Shown: positions 1-5,265 of the stretch, one piece after another
How positions within the stretch are numbered: the first letter of the stretch is position 1
Layout: each line of letters begins with the position of its first letter
Origin: Amoeboaphelidium protococcarum X5
Lineage: Eukaryota > Fungi > Aphelidiomycota
Direction of reading: 5' to 3'
NCBI GenBank assembly: GCA_023515725.1
Contig: JALDTO010000166.1
Span: 1 to 5,265, forward strand
Length of the DNA stretch: 5,265 bases
Notes under the pieces: generated by a model
Told to the model about the DNA's origin: nothing
The model's database searches: none
Seen by the model: the letters and a program-made list of their open reading frames with translations, nothing else
Program-made: the position numbers and the translations under genes

Positions 1-75
1 TACCTACCTACCTACATTGTAACTATATAGTTAAAATTGAAAAAACTAGGTAGGTACCTACATTGTAAGTAGGTA
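1..75 (+). repeat. Copy A of a ~75-bp TAGG/CCTA-rich palindromic dispersed repeat (MITE/introner-like); may be truncated by the window edge
   Basis: 3-22 (cctacctacctacattgtaa) is the exact reverse complement of 5143-5162, and 47-73 (taggtaggtacctacattgtaagtagg) is the exact reverse complement of 5092-5118. Internal direct repeat tacctacattgtaa at 9-22 and 55-68; 12-bp palindrome gtaggtacctac at 50-61; hairpin tacctac-attgtaa-gtaggta at 55-75. Confidence 0.9.
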
Positions 76-89
76 TATTATATGAATAG
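1..89 (+). other. 3' part of a spliceosomal intron of EAF3 (acceptor tag| at 87-89); donor probably upstream of the window
   Basis: The EAF3 frame is closed by TGA at 38-40 and 83-85 with no in-frame ATG. Homology starts in mid chromo-barrel domain ([10 protein letters not shown]) right after an AT-rich tract ending in aatag at 89. Confidence 0.75.
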
Positions 90-873
90 GCAACCACTAT
101 TTTGTACATTATAAAGGATGGAAGTAGAAATGGGATGAGTGGGTTCCAGAAACTAGAATATGCAAGATAAATGACGAAAATCTGTCCAGGCAGAAGGATT
201 TGTAATAGATCTATGCTATTAAGAAGGACGAAGGCAAGAAGGCTAGTAGCGTATCTGCTAGTGATGGGCCTGCTGGGAGTTTGAGTGCCAGCTCTGTGAA
301 GAGAAAGAATGCCTCGAATAGAGAAATGTCGGTGGAGAGCGAGTAGGAGTATCTCAAAAGGCCGGAAGTCTAAATTCTTATTCCAGACATATTGAAGGTG
401 CAACTTGTAGATGACTGGGAGTATGTTACTAAAGATTAAAGGCTGGTAGATTTACCTCGTACACCAACCGTCCAATAGATCCTGGAAGAGTACAAAAGTA
501 TGACTTTAGCAAAGACTAAGCATCAACTGCAACAAGATTTGGTTAGGGAAGTGGTAGATGGTTTGTAAATGTACTTTGATCGCGCACTTGGAAATATACT
601 TTTATATAGGTAGGAACGACCACAATATGCCGATTTCATAAAATAGCATCCCGATTGTCTAAAGAATCCTTCTGCGTTTTATGGTGCTGAGCATTTGCTG
701 CGTTGTTCGTTCAGATGCCACAACTGATAGCCCACACCTCCATGGATGAAGATTCCATTGCTCTGCTGAAAGACTAATTACATTCAATTATAATGTTCTT
801 ATAAAAGAATTAATCAAAGTATTTTATGAAAGAATATGAAAATGCTCCACCTGATTATATTTCACGTCACTGA
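90..873 (+). CDS. EAF3: Chromatin modification protein Eaf3/MRG15 (chromo-barrel + MRG domain; NuA4/Rpd3S subunit); 5'-partial last exon with a 1-nt deletion frameshift at ~703-705
   Basis: With TAR=Gln: [34 protein letters not shown] (chromo barrel), then [65 protein letters not shown] and PSAFYGAEHLLR. After a -1 shift it continues FVQMPQLIAHTSMDEDSIALLKDQLHSIIMFLQKNQSKYFMKEYENAPPDYISRH to TGA at 871-873. 13 in-frame TAA/TAG by hand count. Confidence 0.95.
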
Positions 874-916
874 ACTAATGTATTGTACTATTTAATACGA
901 TATATATCTATTTTCT

Positions 917-1675
<759 letters not shown>

Positions 1676-2613
1676 TTGCCTTATTCGATGGTTTTGAGAT
1701 AAGATTAAGGTTGAAGTTTCGAGATATTTTTCGCATTTTCTCTTCTCAAATCAAAGCGAGAAGGATTAGTCTTATGTGAGCACTGAAATGTCGTGATGCA
1801 TAACATGTACCACACTATGACTCGCTGATAAATGAATCTTAGAGTAAAGCTGTACTATAGGGGCTCGCCTTGTGTTGTTGTAAGGCAACGAAAGCATTCG
1901 TTAATTCACCTGTTTGACTTTTTAACCTTAGAAATTATAAAGATCTCTTCACACATAGGAAAATTTTCATGTGTATTCATACATAAAATTGTCATTTACA
2001 ATTCCATACTTGCTCTACTTTTTCAATTTTATGTCCAATGCCGATACCATTAAAATTGAAGCTATCTTTTACAATGGCGCACGTAGGCGACCGCTCCTTA
2101 ACCGCAATATTATTGACGCGCCATTCAGATGGAACGATCTTCCTTTCAAGTGCTTCTTCGAAACAAAATATGCTAGAAAACCTTCATTTGGGGGATGGAT
2201 GGTTGTAATGTCATTCAGCTTCCCCGCGACTACCACGATGATATTAAGTTTCCGCAAGAGTTACGGAAGAGTATGAACAAACGCCGTACGCTTTATGTTG
2301 AGAACATAATTTGATATAATTATAATCTTTTTTGTTATAAGATTGACTTGATAGAACGGCATAAAAGTTTACCAGGGCTGATTGACCAGTTCGATCATTA
2401 TTATCGCATCCCTGCAATATCTTACAGATCAACTTGCGGAAGTAGAAAGTTCGTTTATATCCTTACTTATTACCAAATCACTTACAAACGTATTAATGGA
2501 TCTAATGCGTTGAATACATAACCTTACAGTGGCTTAATTATCATGTGGAGGATTTATCCCCCTTGATTAACGCTCTTTTCTCTTAAGACATCTTTTTAAA
2601 TAAGAAATCTGCA

Positions 2614-3855
2614 ATGTTTCTATGCACTTTAGCTGTGGCTGTTGGTGCATTGGGTCTTTGTCTTGGTTAGACTGCTCCTTTGTAATAGAAGGATATTGAA
2701 TGGTAAAATAAGCCTACGCGTTATGATGTTCGTAAGACCAGATTCTCTATTTAGCGCGATGACTCTATTGCTCCAGTGGCTTAATCTTCTATGATGGAGG
2801 AGATTGTTTTTGTTGAAGGTGCTAGTTGGGTTCGCCTGAATTTTGACATGAAGGCCACATCACTTTATGGTGACGCGAAATTGGTCATTGTGTCCTCTGA
2901 TGATTCTTCTATCTATCAGAATCTCGATGCGGAGAGCATTTCCTAGTGGTAATACACTTCAGCTTACTTCAATGGTAATTCTGTCAAAGTATAGTTGGTT
3001 ACAAGTGGTGCTGAAATCAGTTCAGAATCCTCGTTTGCCATAAAGTCTGTTACTGTTGATGATTAACACCATGGTTTGGTAGAAGATAATCATCTGCTTA
3101 CTCTGTGCTCAGTAGTCGATCGACGCGAAATCGTCAAAGATCCGCGTGTGGCAAGAATTTTCCCAATCGGATGTACTGGATGGCTAATTGATGATGAGCA
3201 TCACTGCTTTCTGACCGCAGGCCATTGTTATAGAGAGTTCCCGTAACCTAGTGTTATGCAGTTCAATGTCCCTCTTTCCTTTAAAAATGGAACCATAGTA
3301 CATCCTCATCCTAACGATCAATACGTGTTTGATTAAAGTTCTATCTCATATTCCAACGGCGGAATTGGTCGTGACTATATGTACGTTGGTGTTTTTGCAA
3401 ATTCTAACACTGGCAAGGCAGCCTTTGAAGTTTAACAAGATTGGTTCAATACCACTATGATCCGTGATACGAAGAGTCTAGTCGGGAAGAATTTGACAAT
3501 AAATGGGTACGGAGTGGTTAGAACCCCATTTAGTATTAGGTATAAAAGTTAGACACTGCAGACACATACCAATCCGTTGGTAACATATTCTACTACGTTC
3601 CCTGGGCGTAACGGGCGCCACTTTGCATCGGCATTGCACTACTAAGTAGACACAACTGGTGGTAACAGTGGGTCAGCAATTGAAGCTACATTGGATGATG
3701 GCAGTAAAGTTGCCGTTGGTATCCATACACATGGCGGTTGTAGTCGGTATAGTTCTTAAAATACGAACTCGGGAACTAATCTAAATCTTCCAAGTTTGCA
3801 ATCTGTATTGAAGGAAAATGCTCGTGGTGTCTGCAAATACGGATATAAGGCTTGA
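2614..3855 (+). CDS. Secreted trypsin-fold (clan PA, S1; V8/glutamyl-endopeptidase-like) serine protease with signal peptide and N-terminal pro-region, 413 aa, intronless
   Basis: ATG at 2614 to TGA at 3853-3855, 1242 nt, open with TAR=Gln (16 in-frame TAA/TAG). Hydrophobic leader MFLCTLAVAVGALGLCLG|Q. GCTGWLI; catalytic His in FLTAGHC (3223-3225); Asp in GRDY (3373-3375); Ser in DTTGGNSGS (3667-3669); VGIHTHGGC. Confidence 0.93.
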
Positions 3856-3874
3856 GGTAACAATTAAATGAAAT

Positions 3875-3880
3875 AATAAA
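3875..3880 (+). promoter_or_regulatory. Candidate polyadenylation signal (AATAAA) for the protease gene
   Basis: aataaa about 20 nt after the TGA, in a sharply AT-rich tract; could be chance given the composition. Confidence 0.35.
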
Positions 3881-4377
3881 TTAATTTATAGTAATTTCAC
3901 GTTGCATGAAACGTGTTACTTATTATTATTTTAGATCTAACTTTCGGATGTCATCAACTCCCAGCTTCCAAATAAAGTGTGATAATCTACCCAGGGACTC
4001 CGATATGCCTCTTTTGCCAGGTGTTTATTCACAAACGAAAGGAATCGCATGGAATATAGAATAGTACTTGATTATTCTGTGACATGTCCTAGCTTCGAAG
4101 TAATTAATCATAGTTTCTCGATTAAGCATCTCCCGTTTCATTTCGCGATGGTCTCAGAAAATGCTCCATCGGCAACTTCTCTTTTTTGCAGTTTGCTGTT
4201 AAGGTATCTGTTGGAATATGTGTTCCAGAGTGTCGGATGTGTCATCAGGGGCTGGATAAGGTTGTGGCGTAGGTTGACGCGTGAATATTTTTTTTCAGTT
4301 GAGAATAAAGTTACTATATCGAAAGATACACATTTCACTTGAATCTATTAAAAACAACATTTATTCTCCTTATTCGA

Positions 4378-5031
4378 ATGGAAATTGCAAAAGGAATCGA
4401 GGAAGTTGTTAAGTTTGATGGTACAAACTTGAGAATCTGGGAGCGAAGCGTCAAAATGCTTCTGAGAAAAAATGAATGCCACGCCGTAGTAGACAAGAAG
4501 TTCTACAAGAAGATCAAGAAGCTACCATCGTAGTCACACCTATATCTTGCTTAGCTGGATATTGTTGATGGAAAGCGCGACATAAATGAAAAAGAGCGAA
4601 TTAAGATCTAAAGCCATCTGGTCAATATGAATAGTAAAGCAGTTGGTTTGATACAGTAATCTATCAGCGAAAGCTACAAGATACACATCATGCATCAGGA
4701 GTTTGCTTACAAGTCCATCAAAGTTATTAAGAAATTGTTCAATTAAAAGTCCATTGAGAACATAAACTTGATAAATGCCAAGATAAACCTTTTGCAATGT
4801 AACAGTAGAAGTGCCGTAACCTTTGTCCTAGAGATGGAGGACTTGCTTGCAGATTTACGCGAATGTGGGGATAGTAGCATCACAACCGAATCCCCGGCAA
4901 TTAAATGCCTGAATAAATTGCCACAACAGAAGTATGGTGACCTGTGTAAAAGTATTAGAACATTCTATGCTATTAACTCTTACAAGAAACTAAATTGCTC
5001 TAAACTGAAAAAAACTAATTACTAATTTTGA
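4378..5031 (+). mobile_element. Ty1/copia-type retrotransposon gag-like ORF (DUF4219 + Retrotran_gag_2/UBN2-like), 217 aa; apparently truncated or solo
   Basis: Track ORFs 4339..4533 and 4768..5025 are the same frame and join into one ORF with TAR=Gln (ATG 4378 to TGA 5029-5031). Copia-gag-like signatures: VKFDGTNLRIWERSVKMLL, NSKAVGLIQQSISESY, AYKSIKVIKKLF, FVLEMEDLLADLRECG, CLNKLPQQKY. No zinc knuckle, protease, integrase or RT follows. Confidence 0.75.
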
Positions 5032-5085
5032 GGTAAGTGAAAGATCGTGTTTGGAATCCAATTAAACTGTGGTCCCTAATTATAT

Positions 5086-5162
5086 TACCTTCCTACTTAC
5101 AATGTAGGTACCTACCTATTTATTTATTTTCTATCTATATACTTACAATGTAGGTAGGTAGG
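5086..5162 (-). repeat. Copy B of the ~75-bp palindromic repeat, inverted relative to copy A
   Basis: Exact 27-nt (5092-5118) and 20-nt (5143-5162) reverse-complement matches to 47-73 and 3-22, with a similar-length AT-rich spacer. Its own imperfect 11-bp terminal inverted repeat is taccttcctac (5086-5096) / gtaggtaggta (5150-5160). Confidence 0.9.
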
Positions 5163-5265
5163 GTATCTATGTACCCCTTGATCATTATTACCCCTATATA
5201 TCGCGCGTATTCTAGTCCTTTTGTGGTCGGTGCCCTGTTCGCACATCCCACCTATGATGTTCGTG

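Noticed and set aside
1-75. tacctacattgtaa direct repeats with a ~32-nt spacer as a mini CRISPR array
   Set aside because: Only two short units per copy, low-complexity spacers that are similar between copies, eukaryotic context and no cas genes.
23-403. Track ORF, 126 aa, minus strand
   Set aside because: Antisense shadow of the EAF3 exon and intron; no recognisable motifs.
1832-2432. Track ORFs 1832..2053 (+), 2069..2257 (-) and 2244..2432 (-)
   Set aside because: Short, mutually overlapping, defined with the wrong code and without recognisable homology.
2527-2801. Direct repeat cagtggcttaat...tggagga at 2527-2552 and 2774-2801 as a remnant of a protease duplication
   Set aside because: Only a 12-nt exact match plus a gapped 7-mer; the flanks do not align convincingly, so it is compatible with chance.
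3932-4377. Possible LTR/PBS upstream of gag, and track ORFs 4049..4342 (+) and 4138..4338 (-)
   Set aside because: No second LTR copy, no clear TG..CA boundaries and no tRNA-Met PBS (TGGTATCAGAGC-like). The translations show no recognisable family.
4540-4797. Track ORF, 85 aa, minus strand
   Set aside because: Antisense shadow of the gag ORF.
5175-5265. FCGRCPVRTSH after repeat B as the gag zinc knuckle
   Set aside because: Spacing does not fit CX2CX4HX4C, and a TGA follows almost immediately.

Overview
Compact, AT-rich eukaryotic nuclear DNA that uses a non-standard genetic code: TAA and TAG are sense codons (Gln, NCBI table 6 type) and TGA is the only stop. The supplied standard-code ORF track therefore misses or fragments every real gene. 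Re-translated by hand, the window holds four genes. (1) The last exon of a fungal-type EAF3/MRG15 chromatin gene (+, 90-873), with a 1-nt frameshift. (2) An intact, intronless TRM8/METTL1 tRNA m7G46 methyltransferase (-, 917-1675). (3) An intronless, secreted, bacterial-looking trypsin-fold (V8/glutamyl-endopeptidase-like) serine protease (+, 2614-3855), a candidate horizontal transfer fully recoded into the host code. (4) A lone Ty1/copia-type gag ORF (+, 4378-5031) with no visible LTR or pol. A ~75-bp palindromic TAGG/CCTA-rich element occurs twice in inverted orientation (1-75 and 5086-5162) and brackets almost the whole window. One copy lies in the EAF3 intron and the other sits in a GT..AG-bounded 99-nt segment, suggesting a MITE/introner-like family. 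Fungal-like proteins plus TAR=Gln point to an early-diverging fungal relative such as an aphelid (Amoeboaphelidium) or a sanchytrid; this is inference.
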